From Octopus vulgaris (lineage: Eukaryota), in the NCBI GenBank assembly GCA_951406725.2, contig OX597839.1:29636001-29700000 (forward strand): a DNA stretch of 64,000 nt, given 5' to 3'. A program made the translations under genes and the position numbers. Shown here one piece after another: positions 25,185 to 38,900 of this stretch; the first letter of the stretch is position 1; each line of letters starts with the position of its first letter. The notes beneath the pieces are model-generated. The model searched no databases. It saw only the letters and a list, made by a program, of their open reading frames with translations, and had not been told where the DNA came from.

Positions 25185-27345
25185 CATTTGTGTGTCTATG
25201 TATGTGTTTGTGTGTGACTTTTTAAAACCCTTATCAATCTTAGTCTCCCCAACATCCTGGGACCACCTCTAGTTTTACCATATAAAACCCATCTGTTTTA
25301 AAGTGTTTGTTTCTAATTCAAAACCTGCCAACATGATGTTGCTTACAAACATTTCCTTGAAGAGTTATTCTCCCATTGTGTACATGAGTAGGTACATATC
25401 ATCATTCTCATCACATCTACATTTCAAAGTTGGCATGGGTTAGCTGGGGGCATTTTCAGGCTGTGTTTTATTACAGCTGATGCAAAGATATCATCATTAT
25501 CGTTGTTGTTTAACATCCACTTTCCAAGCTAGCATAGGTTGGATGGTTTGACTGAGAACTGGCAAACTGGGAGGCTGCACCAGGCTCCAATCTGATTTGG
25601 CAAGATTTCTACAGCTGAATGTGGCGACCTGGCAGCACCGTTAAACATGCCGGGCAAAATGCTTAGCGGTGTTTCATCTATCTTTACATTCTGAGTTCAA
25701 ATTCTGCCAAGGTCGACTTTGCCTTTCATCCTTTCAGGGTTGATAAATTAAGTACCAGTTATGCACTGGTGTTGATCTGTTTGACTGACCCCTCCCCCAA
25801 AATTTCAGGGCTTGTGCTTATAGTAGAAATGTTTCTACAGCTGAATGCCCTTCCTAACGCCAACCACTCCAAGAGTGGAAGTGGGTGCTTTTACATGCCA
25901 GTCAGTTGGCACTGGCATCAGCCACACTTGAATGGTGCTTTTTATATGCCAGTCAGTTGGCACTGGCATCAGCCACACTTGAATGGTGCTTTTTATATGC
26001 CAGTCAGTTGGCACTGGCATCAGCCACACTTGAATGGTGCTTTTTATATGCCAGTCAGTTGGCACTGGCATCAGCCACACTTGAATGGTGCTTTTTATAT
26101 GCCAGTCAGTTGGCACTGGCATCAGCCACACTTGAATGGTGCTTTTTATATGCCGCCAGCATGGATGTCAGTCAGGTGACACAGGGATCATTATTCTAAA
26201 AACCCAGTTTATATTTTAAGAAGTAACTCCCTACTTTATCATTGTCTTCTTAGGGAGATGAGTAAACCCCTGATGAAGTTTCACACAAAAACCAGTCAGT
26301 TTCATCCTCATCTCAAACTGGCCCCAAAGACCCTTATTTCCCAGTGACATTAATATACATATTTCCAAAGCATCTACTGCCAGGCACTTGTTTCTATCCC
26401 TCTCATCTCCTGGCATAAATCCCACTCCCTAAATACTACAACCCTGCTCAATTAAGGCATCTTGTCTTGCAAGTTACTTGGTAACCTCACTTGTGTTAGT
26501 GTCACATAAAACGCTCCCAATACACTCTGTGAAGTGGTTGGCATGAGGAAGGGCTGTTGTAGAAACCATACCAAATCAGATATCGGGGCTTAATGAAGTC
26601 CTTTAACTATCGAACTGTCCAACCCATGCTAGCATGGAAAGCAGACACTAAATGATGATGATGATGATGATATATAATTCCATTTATTTATTCAAATACT
26701 GTTAACCATTTAGACCAAGATTCTATTGTCACTATCAACTTTCTAACAGTATTTTTATTGAACCTATCTGTTGTCCTCTTTCGCTTTCAGGTGATAAGAA
26801 TGTGACTCCTGCTTCCCCTGAAGTAGTTGCTCAGATTGTGGCTGAAGCAGAGAAGAGGTTGAAGGCCAGCAATATACAGCCAGCACCCTTGAGTGAAAGT
26901 TTCTCCTCAAAGACAAATTCAGAAACATCCTCTGACATACCTCAGGTATATTTTTACATTTTGTTTTATAGATACACTTGTAGCTGTGTGGTTAAGGAGT
27001 TTGCTTCTCGACCCCATGGCTTTGGGTTCAATCCTACTGTGTAGCACTTTATGTAGGTTACTTTTTATTATAGCCCCAAGCCAACCAGTGACTGGTGAGT
27101 CACTCTGTTAGAGTGTGTGTGTGTTATTTTGCTTGTCACAGTTTCAACAAAACAGTGGTTGTGCTTACATTCCTGGTTGACTTTACAACCTTTTCACTCT
27201 GTGCTTTTAATAATGTCTTGAATAAAGAAAGCCCAGGTTCAGTCCCACCTTGGGCAAGGGTTTTCTACAATAGTTTTGGGCAGACCAAAGCTTTGTGAGT
27301 GAATTTGGTAGATGGTAACTGAAAGAAGCCTCTTGTGTGTGTGTG

Positions 27346-27378
<33 letters not shown>

Positions 27379-29655
27379 CTGTGTGTGTCTTTGTGTCTGT
27401 ATTTGTCTCCCATCACCAGTTGACAACCAGTGTTGGTGTGTTTACATCCTTGTAGCTTAGCAGTTTGGCAAAAGTGACCAATAGAATACGTACCAAGCTT
27501 TAAAAAAAAGCAGCTACTGGTGTTGATTCATTTGACTAAGAATTCTTCTGAGTGGTGCTCCAGCATGGCCGCTGTCTAATAACTGAAACAAGTAAAAGAT
27601 AAAAGATATTTGAAAAATAGATGAGGGTGACGGGAATCGCACCCAGCTGTAAAATCCTGTCCCAAATTTTGTATATTTTGTGGTTAATGTCCAGCTTCAA
27701 TGTCTGTCGGCCCTCTACAAAGAAAACAAGGATAATGTATTCTTAGAAATGCTTATGTCTGAATAAACGATGCAATGCTTATTGGTTGGAACATCTCTGA
27801 TCTTTGGCTGGCTCAGTCTGAAATGACCTGGTGTTAAACAACTACACTGCACTATGTGTAGGTGAGGGCACTGTTGTTAGGGTTTAGCCCCAAGCCAGCC
27901 TTCATTGAACAAAACTATGACCAAAAGTGCTCCGACCTTAATCAACCCTTTTATTTTGTGTCTCTTGGATTTACTTTTGGCCAGTTATTGTTTTTAAGAC
28001 ATTTAAGTGTGAATCAATGTAATTTAGCTGCTATTTCTAAACACTCAGGCAACTCTATAGAGCAGCAGTTCTCAACTGCAGCTCTCAGGGCCGCATGTGG
28101 TCCTCAAGCCTATTTTCAGTGGCCCTTGGAAGTCTTCCTTCTATAGATATAATAAATTTTTCTTTATTTGGCTTGTGTTCTACATTTTTTGGTGTGGCCC
28201 CTAGAAAGGATCCAAATTTTGGATCTGGTTTGGATAGTAAAAGGGTTGAGAACCAGTGATATAGAGACTTCTTCATTAGATCAGATGTAATTCCAGATGG
28301 TTGGAGTTCTGAGGAGGGCAGGAGGACTGGAAAAGATTCTTCAGTCTGGAGTCTTGGAGATGAGACGCAATGAAAATGAAGGAAGGAGGGGAGAGTGAGG
28401 AGTGTGTGTGTGTAGGTGAGAGAGAGAGATAGTGTGCGTCTATGGTGTTGATGGTGGGAGTGTGGTGTATGCAGTAAACTAGTTCAATGTGGTGGCCACT
28501 AAAAGAACCATTACTAAAATCATTTGGCAGTAGAAACTGTTGGAAGCAATTAAGACACAAATATTTAAACTAAATTCATTTGTGTGAGGAATTCCAAGTT
28601 GTCAATTTTTAAATTCTTTAATTTCAGAATCTTATTCCTGGTCTCAACAGTGATAGCCAAAGTCTGAAAATGTCTTTTGAGAGAACGCCACGTTTGGATT
28701 CTTTATACTCTAATGATTCTCATTCGTTGATGTCTTCAGGAGAAAGCACTGAAATATTGCCAACAGACGTTTCAAAGACTAACAAAGATTTGGCCAGAGT
28801 TATTCCATCAACCGAAGGCAAAATTATAATTCCTGCAACAAATATCACTTTAACAACAGAGAAAACCTCTTGGTTCAATTCAGGACCAAAACTCGTATCT
28901 GACACCGAAACATCCCCCAGGGACAGGGAACAGGTAAAACCAAAATCCAAGAAAAAGGGAAAACCTAAGAACAAATCTGCTTCCAAAGATTTTACAGAAG
29001 AAAACGATGGTTTGTCTCCCTCCGCATCAACAACATCTTCAGTTGTCTCATCGTCCATGGAACAAATCTCCAGAGAACCCAGTCAAGAGAATGGTCTAAG
29101 CGAAGGAGACAAAACTGATGAAGTTGCTTCTGTAAAAAGTTCCTCAGTCCAGTTCTCTGATTGTGATGAGGAATACAATTATGAAGACGACAGCACAGCT
29201 GAAGCTTTTCTCAAGTCACTGCCGCCTGTCAAAGCCATTGAGCTGGAAAGTTTCCTGAAAAGATTCCATAATGGACGGCACTCTCCACCAGTGAGAGAAC
29301 GTTCTTTCACACCAAGCGACTCTGGCAGAGACACTGCAAGGTTTTCCCCTCTGCTGGATTCGGTGACTGGTGCTAGCCATGACCAAAAGTATTCTTTCCA
29401 AAACACTGACATTTCTGATCGCCTTGGTTCCGTCCCTGGCAGTGTGGAGTTACCTGAGAAAGATGTCAGTTCTTTACCATCTAAATTACCCACAAAACCT
29501 AAAATCGTTCTTCCTGACCCTGGACCTCTTTTCAAGAATGCAATGAAACCATTTACAGAGAGAAAATCCAAGGTAGAATCACTTTTTCTGTTTTTTTTTT
29601 TTATCCATTCTTCCATACATAGTAATTGGTTGATTGATGATAATGATGATGATGC

Positions 29656-29687
<32 letters not shown>

Positions 29688-32600
29688 GTTGTCTTAACAT
29701 TTGCTTTTCCATGTTGACATTGGTTGAACAGCCTCGTGATGTAGCTTATTCTCTCTCCTCTGCATCTAACCAATGAATACACACACACACATGCACATAT
29801 ATTATGTAACATATGTAGTAGATAGTGGAGGTGCATGGCTTAGTGGTTAGGGTGTGGGACTCGTGATCATAAGATTGTGGTTTCGATTCCTGGACCAGGC
29901 GACACATTGTGTTCTTGAGCAAAACACTTCATTTCACGTTGCTCCAGTCCACTCAGCTGGCAAAAATGAGTAACCCTGTGATGGATCACCGTCCAGTCCA
30001 GGTGGGGAATTTATATAACATGGCAACCGAGAAACTGGCCCTTGTGAATGAGTAGGACTCAAAAAGGTAACCTTTTTTCTTCTTATGTAGTAGATATATA
30101 AACAGGAGGGTAAATTTAACCATTCCTTTGTTGATTGAAAGATGAACAACTTTAATCAATTTGAGCCTTATTGGACTCTCATCAGAGGTGTCTGCATTAT
30201 TTTGGCCAATTCCAGAGAAATAAGCAGCCAAGCTCTCCTTCTCTTTCTCATTATCATCATTTAACATCCGTTTTCCATACCGGTACCAGCTGAATGGTTT
30301 GACAAGAGCTGGCAAGCTGGAGGCTGCACCAGACTCCAGTCGTCTGTTTTGGCATAGTTTTTACAGCTTTATGCCCTTCCTAATGCCAACCCTTTTACAA
30401 GGTGGACTGGGTGCTTTTTACATGGTGCCATGCAAAGTATGATAAATTTGAGATGCAATTTACACCATTTGTTCCCTATGCATGTTTCACATTATGGCTT
30501 TTTGCATCCTCTGCATTGGGTGTTCAGGTGTTCATAGTGCGATTGGATGCAGATCCACTACAATTCTTCAGGGGGAACACTCTATTACATTATGTTGACA
30601 CAAATCCAGTGTCAACATATTATGTGTCAACATGTGTGTATGTTTGTGTGTGTATATATATATATATATATATACACACACAAAATTTAGAGGAATGACC
30701 TCTCAAGTGGACACCCTATATGCTAAACATAGATGTCAAATTGCCATTACCATGAAGAATGTGTTCTGAAGAAAAAAATCTCAGCAAAATGCCAAAATGT
30801 AAAAAATGTATGTATATATATATATATATAGTGTGCCATCATGTCTCCAGGGCCCTGTATTCTCAGGTTTGACGTTTGACCTTACTGTTCTCTGTTATGA
30901 TCCTTCATGTGGCATCAGTAGCTACTACATGACCAAATACATGACACCCATGCTTACCACCATTAGATGTATACTTTAACTTGCAAATTAACAATAACTA
31001 ATTTGCATCTGCAAATTATTAATTAATAATTCTAGTTGATTAGTTTTATTTAATGTCTTTTTGTAAGGCTGTACATAAAGTGTGATTTGAAGGAAGATTT
31101 GGTTGCTGCCATTTCTATCAGACCAAGTATTACTCATTAACTGAAAGACCTGGTATTATTTTGAACAGATTTAGGGTGGTCAGCTGGCAGAGTCATTAGC
31201 TTGCCTGACAAAATGCTTACAAGTACTATTTCCACCCCTTTAATGTCCATAGTTTAAATTCTGCTACAGTTGACTTTGCTTTTCATATTTTGATCTTGTT
31301 GAGGTCAATGAAATAAGCAGCAGTTGAACACTGTAGTCAGTGTAATTGACTGACCCCCCTCCCCAAAATTTCAGACCTTCTCCTTTTATTAGGAAGAATT
31401 ATTTTAGACAAATTCGACGTCCCTTTTCTCTGTATCAGTGTAGCTTTGTGTTGACCAAATACGTCACCTAAGATTTATTATATATAAACATATTTCATCT
31501 CATTTTTGTTGTTATCTGTTGAATGATGTTGAAGAGGTTCACTATGACCCTCAGTGTTTTATCTTTCTCCATCCTTTTCTCTCTCTCTCTCTCTTCAGGC
31601 CTATGTTGAGGTATCTTCTCCAGCAACAGGGAAACCGGAAGAAATGAACCTAAATACTGTTCTGAAGGAGAAGGCAAAGCTGGAGGGTCAGTTGGAAGTG
31701 TTGAGTGCAGAGGCAGAAATTGCATTACAAGAACGTGCAGAGTTGCAGGCTCAAGTTGCCTCTCTGGACCAGAAACTGCAATTGTTGAATAACTCAGAGT
31801 CTGACGTGAAGCAGAATGCACTGAAAGCTGACATCAGGAGCTTGAAAGAGAACCGTGTCTACTTGGAACAATGTTTAGAAGATACTCAGAAACTGCTGGA
31901 AGAAAAGATTGATGCTGCTAAACATCATGAAGAGGAATTGAAGCTGACCCAAGAACTTCAGGACAAGCAAAACATCCATGTACGTGAATTGTCAGACGGT
32001 CTTAATGCCCGTGACGTGACCATTCAAGCATTAAAAAATAAAGTTGCAGAACTTTATGTTGAGGTGCAGACTGCACTTCAGAAAAAAATGCTGTCCGACA
32101 CTGATGCACGGAATGCAAAAAGTGACCTTTCAGCCATTACCAGCACAAAGCAGTGGTACCATGAACAACTCCAGATGGCCAACAAGGTTCGTTCAGAACT
32201 GCAAAAGGAGTTAACGGCACTGCATGCACGAGTCTCATCTCAGGGAATAATCAGCGAACGCTTGAAAGCAGATACTGCACGCCTGCACCAGTTGTTGTCT
32301 GAGACGCGGCAGAAGGCAGTGTTAGAAAAAGAGACACTCGCTCGACAATTGGAGAACATCCAGGCAGACATGCTGGAGAGAGAAACAGCTTTCCAGGAGA
32401 TCCAGAGGGAGCGGCATCTCATTGAAGAGACATTTGATTCGAAAATTTTGAGTGTCGAGGAAGAGAAGTCAAAGATAGCCACCCTGTTGCAGACCACAGT
32501 TGACCTGGAGGCTCAGCTTGAGAAATCACAAAACAACGTGAAGAAAAAGCAGATTCAAATATTTTCTTTAGAAACTGAGCAGGCAAGTCTGATGAAAAAT

Positions 32601-32934
32601 CTGATGGTTACTGAAGGAAAACTTACTGAAAAGGTAGGATACTTAGATTTTTTTTAATTTGCTTCTTTTTCTTTTAATTATTATTACTTTTTTAAAATTT
32701 CATTATCTCCTAGCCATATGGGTTGGAAAGTTTTACAAATTCACATAAATTTGTTGTCTAATTTGGGAGCGTATTTGTGCTGTTGTAAAATTGTAGTCTA
32801 GCAGTAACGATTCCTAATTTGGATCCAGTAAGTCATGAGGTATTTATCCAGAAGTAGGATACCTGACTACTTAATTTACATATACCCACGAATGCACATC
32901 TGGACATACATAGAAACAGAAATGAGTGCACATA

Positions 32935-32983
<49 letters not shown>

Positions 32984-35900
32984 AATCATACTCCCATACT
33001 CAAACACACAGAGTAACACACATACATATATAAAATGACACATTATACATTTTCAAGCATAATTTTCTTTGACAGTAATCATTATAATTACCAGTTTATT
33101 ATTATTATTATTTTTATCTCTTTTTCGTTTCGCCAGGATAAAATCACTGAGGAATTACAGCAGAAACTCATTGATGTTGAATCTTCTTTGAATGCTTTCC
33201 AAACCGAAGCCAGTCGGAAGAACCAGGAAGTGTTGAAGTTGAAAGAAGAGAAGGCTGCAGTGGAAATATCTTTGGTAGCAGCTTCTGAAGAAAAGAAAAT
33301 TTTTGATTCTTCCTTGGAAACACTTCGTGGTGACTTGAGTAAAGTAGAGAAAAGCTTTTGGCAGATGAAGCAGGAGCTGAATAATCGTGTTGCCGAACTT
33401 GAACAAGTGAAGGAGGACAGAGATAGGGTCAAGTTGGAATTGGAAGAATCTCAGAAAACACTCTCTAATTTGCCTGAGAAAGAACTTCAGGAAGACAAAG
33501 AGAATCTGGCTGAACATTCTCAGAAGATTGAGAAGAAGAACGAAGCCCTTGCCAAGGACTTAAACGATCTTCGAGTGCAGTTTACGGAATTGAATGACCG
33601 GTATTTACATGAAGTTCACGAAAAGGAAGCTGTACAGAACCTTCTAGAAAATGTCCAGAAGAATCTTGATCTTGTAAATGTAGAATTAGAAAAGGAGAAA
33701 GAGAGACCATCAAGTGAAGAGCAAAGTCTAGAAAATTCCGAGAAACTTCTACAGCTTGAAACTGAAAACAAAAACCTGAAAGCAGAGATGAAATCTGTTG
33801 AAAAGAAATGGCAAAACAACTTGACCAAACAGAAGGCTCGGTCAGCAAGACTTGGTACCGATTTAAATGCTGTGCAGAATGAATTGATGGAAAGACAAAA
33901 GGCTTATGACAGCAACACTGAACTCCTCAGCAGTAAACTCCGTGAGATGGTTTCCAGCAAAGAAGCACTTCAGAACGAACACGATATGCTTAAACGGAAG
34001 TTTGAATTTGGTATGTTGGAGCAACAAGATCACATGAAGGTAGAATTACAGGTAAGATAACGACTATTTCATACTTCTTCTGTGATTTAAAAAAGATCTA
34101 TTCTGTCTGTCTTTTTAATCTTTCCTCCATGATCATATAGAGTTAGTTTACCTTCGAAACGTGGAGTAGACGAAAGAGGGACAACTGAAGAAGGGGAATG
34201 TTCCTTGTGTTGTATGTCTTGTTTCTCTGTTTTTCTGTTGTTTGAAAAAAAGTTTGTTTCCATGTTTTTGCTTTTATGTTTTCGTTTCTCATTGTGTTCA
34301 ACGTTGTTTTGGTGTCCTGTACCCATATATGCATGTATATATACATATAGATGTAGGTATGTATATATATGTATGTATATATGCATATGTTTATATATTA
34401 TTTATGTTATATATATATATATATTATTTATGTTATATATATATATGTATATGTGTATATATGTATGTATATGAATGAATTTCTAACATAAGACTTCTCA
34501 ATTTCAGACTCTTGCTGGAGAATTAGAATTGGTAACCAGCCAGAAACACCAAGCTGAAAGTCAATTAACAGAACTGGAAATAGCAACCAAACAACAGATT
34601 GACCAATATGTAGCACAGGTTGTGGCCATGGGGGAGCAACTACAGCAATTGGTCAATGAGAAAGAAGAAGTGGAGCGGGAAGCCAGTTCCAAAGATTATC
34701 AATTCCAGCTGGAACTTGAAAAAGAACGAGGTCGCCTTACAGGTCAGGAGCCCTGGGGTACAATTTATCCCTAAAATTTCTGTACTTTTATAACTAGTTT
34801 TAGTCATCCCATGATCAACCAGACTGTCAGATGTTGTTATACATCGCTGGTCACAATGTGCTTTGCATCATTTTTAGAATTTGAATGATGCCACCCTATT
34901 TGTCTCGTGAGCAAAAGCCAATATTTGCCCTGATTGGAAGACTATTCCCTCACAGTATGACCCAATTACAGCGGAATTGTGTTTTGCTCAAAAACAAAAT
35001 GTACCTTTTGTTCCGGAAATTGAACCCATGATCAAGTGATTGTGAGTGCAACACCCTAACCACCAGGCCATGTGCCTTCACCGCTTTAGTCATAACCTTC
35101 TATAATAATTCTTTTCACTTCTGTTAGGATTTCTTTCACGTCTATGATGCTTTATAAGAGTAGCATTTAAACTGGCTTCAGTACATTATTGGTACTTTAT
35201 TTTTATCAACCCCAGGAAGATGAAAAGCAAAGTTGGATATTGGTAAGATTTGAACCCAGAACGTAGTGCTGTTAACTCAGTACAACAAGGCATTTTGTTC
35301 AGTGCTCTAATGATTTGTCACACTACTATTTCACTGTTTTGCCTCACAACTCTCATCATCATCATCATCATCATCATCATGAGGAACATCATTGTGTTTC
35401 TTACTTGTGTCTTTGGGATGAACATTAGATGCAGGTGTAGCTGTGCGGTTAAGAAGGAATCTTCCCAACTACATAGTTCCAGGTTCAACCTCACTGCGTA
35501 ACACCTTTGGCAAGTGTCTCCTATATCCCTAGACTGGTCAAAGCCTTGTCAGTGGATTTGATAGACGGAAACTGAAAGAAGCCTATTATTTTCACATTTG
35601 TGTGTGTGTTTGTGTGTTTGTCTCTCGTTTAATGCTGTATGATACTTGCCAAAAGATAAAAGATAGGATAAAGATCCCTGCCAAGCCTTATGAACTCATG
35701 GGGTTAGTTTCCTGGTTTCTGCGGCGTATATAATCCCCCCACCCCCCGCATCTGATAGGACACCAATCTGTCACAGGATTACTCATTTTTACCAGCTGAG
35801 TGGACTGGAGCAATGTGAAATGCTGCGTTTTTACTCAAGAACAGAATGTGTTGCTTGGTCCAGGAATTGAAACCACAATCTTATGCTCATGAGTCAAATT

Positions 35901-38900
35901 CCCTAACCATTAAGTCATGTTAATACAGAAGAGTAGATGTAATGTGGATGTGTGTTTGTATGTATCAGTGTAAATGTGTCCCAGTAGCTCATATTGTAGG
36001 TGTGGGGATGTGTCTACAAGGGAAATAACTGTACAAAGGGACATAATGTAGCTGCTCGGTATAAAGGAATTGATGAGAGGAGGCACCAAGCACCAGTCTT
36101 CTAGGTTTGGGGATTATTATAGTTGTGAAGCCTTTGAAGCAGTGGTTCTCAACTGGTGGGATCCATATAAGATTTTCGCTATATTTCTACAATAATATGA
36201 AAGACTAAAGATTTTGGCTATGTGGGGGTGAGTGACAAATGAATGACAAATGAATCTGGGTGACACGAGACAAGACCAACCAACCAACCAACTCAGAGAA
36301 GCAGGGACCATTGTGATAGAGGTGAAAGAGAGCAGATGGCACATCTATGTATTAGGTTAGTCATGGGCAAACTGAGGTCCATGGGACTTTCTGAAAAGCA
36401 TCCCTAACAAAAAATTAGCTCAAACTCCTTTAGTAGTGTGGCCCACTTGAGAATGGGCAATGTCTCATGTGACCCACTTTTCATAAAAGGCTGTTCGTGC
36501 CTGTATTAGAGCATGGAGTGTGTTGGTGAGTGACTTCATCGCAATCAGAGACAATAGTAGCCCAATCTCAAATGTGGGAGCAACGTTCCAATGAGGGTGT
36601 CACCTCAGCTTTGTAAGGGGTTAGTAGATGTTGGGCTGGTGTAGGGATCCAAAGTTTTTCTAACTTTTGAAGATGAAGACTAATTATCGTGATAATATTA
36701 TTTTTTTTCTCCTTATTTTTAAGGCAGAGAGTGTGCTTCGTAAAATGCTTGGTGTCATATCACCCATCTTTACATTCTGAGTTCAAATTCCACCGAGGTC
36801 AACTTTTTCTTTCATCTTTTTGAGGTTGATAAGACAAGTACCAATTAAGGCCTGTGTAATTGATTAGTACCCTTCAAAAGAATCTTAGGCCTTGTTTCTA
36901 TATTAGAAAGGATTATTTTTATTATTTTTATTACTAAGGCAGCAAACTGGCAGAATCGTAGGCCCTCCAGTCAAAATGCTTTGTGGCATTTCATCCATCT
37001 TTGTTCTGAGTTCAAAATATTTTACTTTTCATCCTTTCAGGGTTGATCTTAGGATACCAGCTGTGCACTGGGGTCAATGTAATTGACTTGACCCCTCCTC
37101 CCCGAAATTGCTGGCCTTGTGCCAAAATTTGAAACTTATATTGTTTTTGTTTTTACTTTTCTTTATCATATATTTTTTTCTTTTTACCTCTGAAGGCTTA
37201 CAACAAAGCAATACAACTCTGAAGAACCATGTTGCTGAGTTAGAAGAAGCTCTGGCTCGCCGTGAGTCGTCACTGGTCGAACTGCAGACCCAGTTCAGTG
37301 AAACCCTGAAGAACCAAGATTGTAATGATTCTGATTTCAGCAACAGGTTACAGGAACTCGAACAGATGTTGGCTCATGAAAAGGGTAACCAGAGGGAGCT
37401 CAGGAAACAGGTCAGTCTTTTGTTTTTATTATGAGGGCACATGGCCTTGTGGTTAGGGTGTTACATGAGTTTGTGGGCTCTAATGCTGGACTGAGTGGTT
37501 CAGTGTGTACTTGGGCAAAACATTCAGTTTCATTGATGATGATGCTCTACGATCACTTTGACACCTGAAGTGTGGCACACCTTGCACACCTGTATAGACC
37601 ATGTTGATTTGATGGAGGGAGTGATCACTAGATACAAATCATTTGTGCAGGTTTAGCTAGAATTGTCTTTCTTGGAATCAAAAAGCTGCTATAGAATTCA
37701 ATTTTTCTTATAGCTTCCCTGATTCTTATCCCTTTTTAATACCAATTCGATTTACCTGCTTTATCTTACCTCCAACCAACCTGCAAACCCCCAGCCCAAA
37801 CACATTAATATAAATCATAAACAGTATCACTCAGTCTGCTGTGATGAATCTTCAAACAAATACACAAAACATCTAAGGATAAATTTTTTCCCTTCTGAAG
37901 AGATTATGCTCAGAAATATGAATTTAATATTTAACTAACTTCACTGTCTATAACTGAAACAGCTGTAAGGTATAATGATCGATTTGTTGCTGATAATAAA
38001 CTCTTATTAACTTCAAAATCTCCATTTTCTTCTTCTTCATTTATATATCTATATATGGATGTAGCTATTGAAATATATCTGTCTCTTCATTGCAGATTGG
38101 TGTGAAGATTAAAGAAAACAAAAACTTGAAGCGGCAACAGAAAGCTCTGGCAACTGAACAGGAGCAATTACAGGGGAGCCTTGAGCAGAAAGCATCGCAA
38201 TGTGATGCAACTGCAGATGAACTGCAGCGAAAGAAGGAAGAGCTGTCTCAGGTGCAGTCTAGTCTTCAGAATGTGCAGCATGTTAACCAAACACTGAATG
38301 CTCAAATTGAGCGCTTGCAACGGAACCTCTCCGACAATCAGGACCGCAATCCAGTCATACTGGAGCAACTAGAGGTAAGGGCTTCTCTTGTTTGCTTGTT
38401 TTTTTCTGTTTTTACCCAGGAGGTGTGAGATGTCATTTATTTACTTATATTTCTTATGTTGTTGTTTAGCCCCAGGTCAGTCCTAGACAAGCCACATGTA
38501 TGATCAAAGGTATTCTAAACATGACCATCATGTCCTTCTTTTGAATATGGAATGGCTAGGATCACATTGTTCAATGTGATCCTCCATTTCCAAGACACTA
38601 GGGGAGGAAGTTGATCATATATAAGTAGTTCCCTTGTTGACGCATATTTTAAAAAAATTTATCATGTTAGATATCCGAGCACCAGCAGAATGTTCCGCTG
38701 CTGTAGTATTGCAAGGTATTTGAAGCAGTCGAGTCATTTAGAAGGTTACTGCATTGGAAAACCAGCAAACCCGGTGTTAGAATTGGAGGAGGAAATGGTG
38801 GTGGTGGTGGCGTCGGGAGTGGTTTGGGTTGTAGTGGTGGTGGCAGTGGCAACGTAGTATATTTCAAACAGTTGTTATTTCAAGGTTTGTCAACACTGGT

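Noticed and set aside
25769-26199. ORFs with perfect 17-aa repeats
   Set aside because: Translation of a 51-bp intronic minisatellite inside a retroelement fragment; open on both strands.
28720-33848. Minus-strand ORFs of 60-145 aa
   Set aside because: Antisense shadows of GOLGA3 exons 5-7.
34110-34330. Possible hammerhead around ccttcgaaacgtggag...ctgaagaagggg in intron 7
   Set aside because: Looks like a pLTR fragment, but I could not build a consistent fold with a valid cleavage nucleotide and helix I/II.
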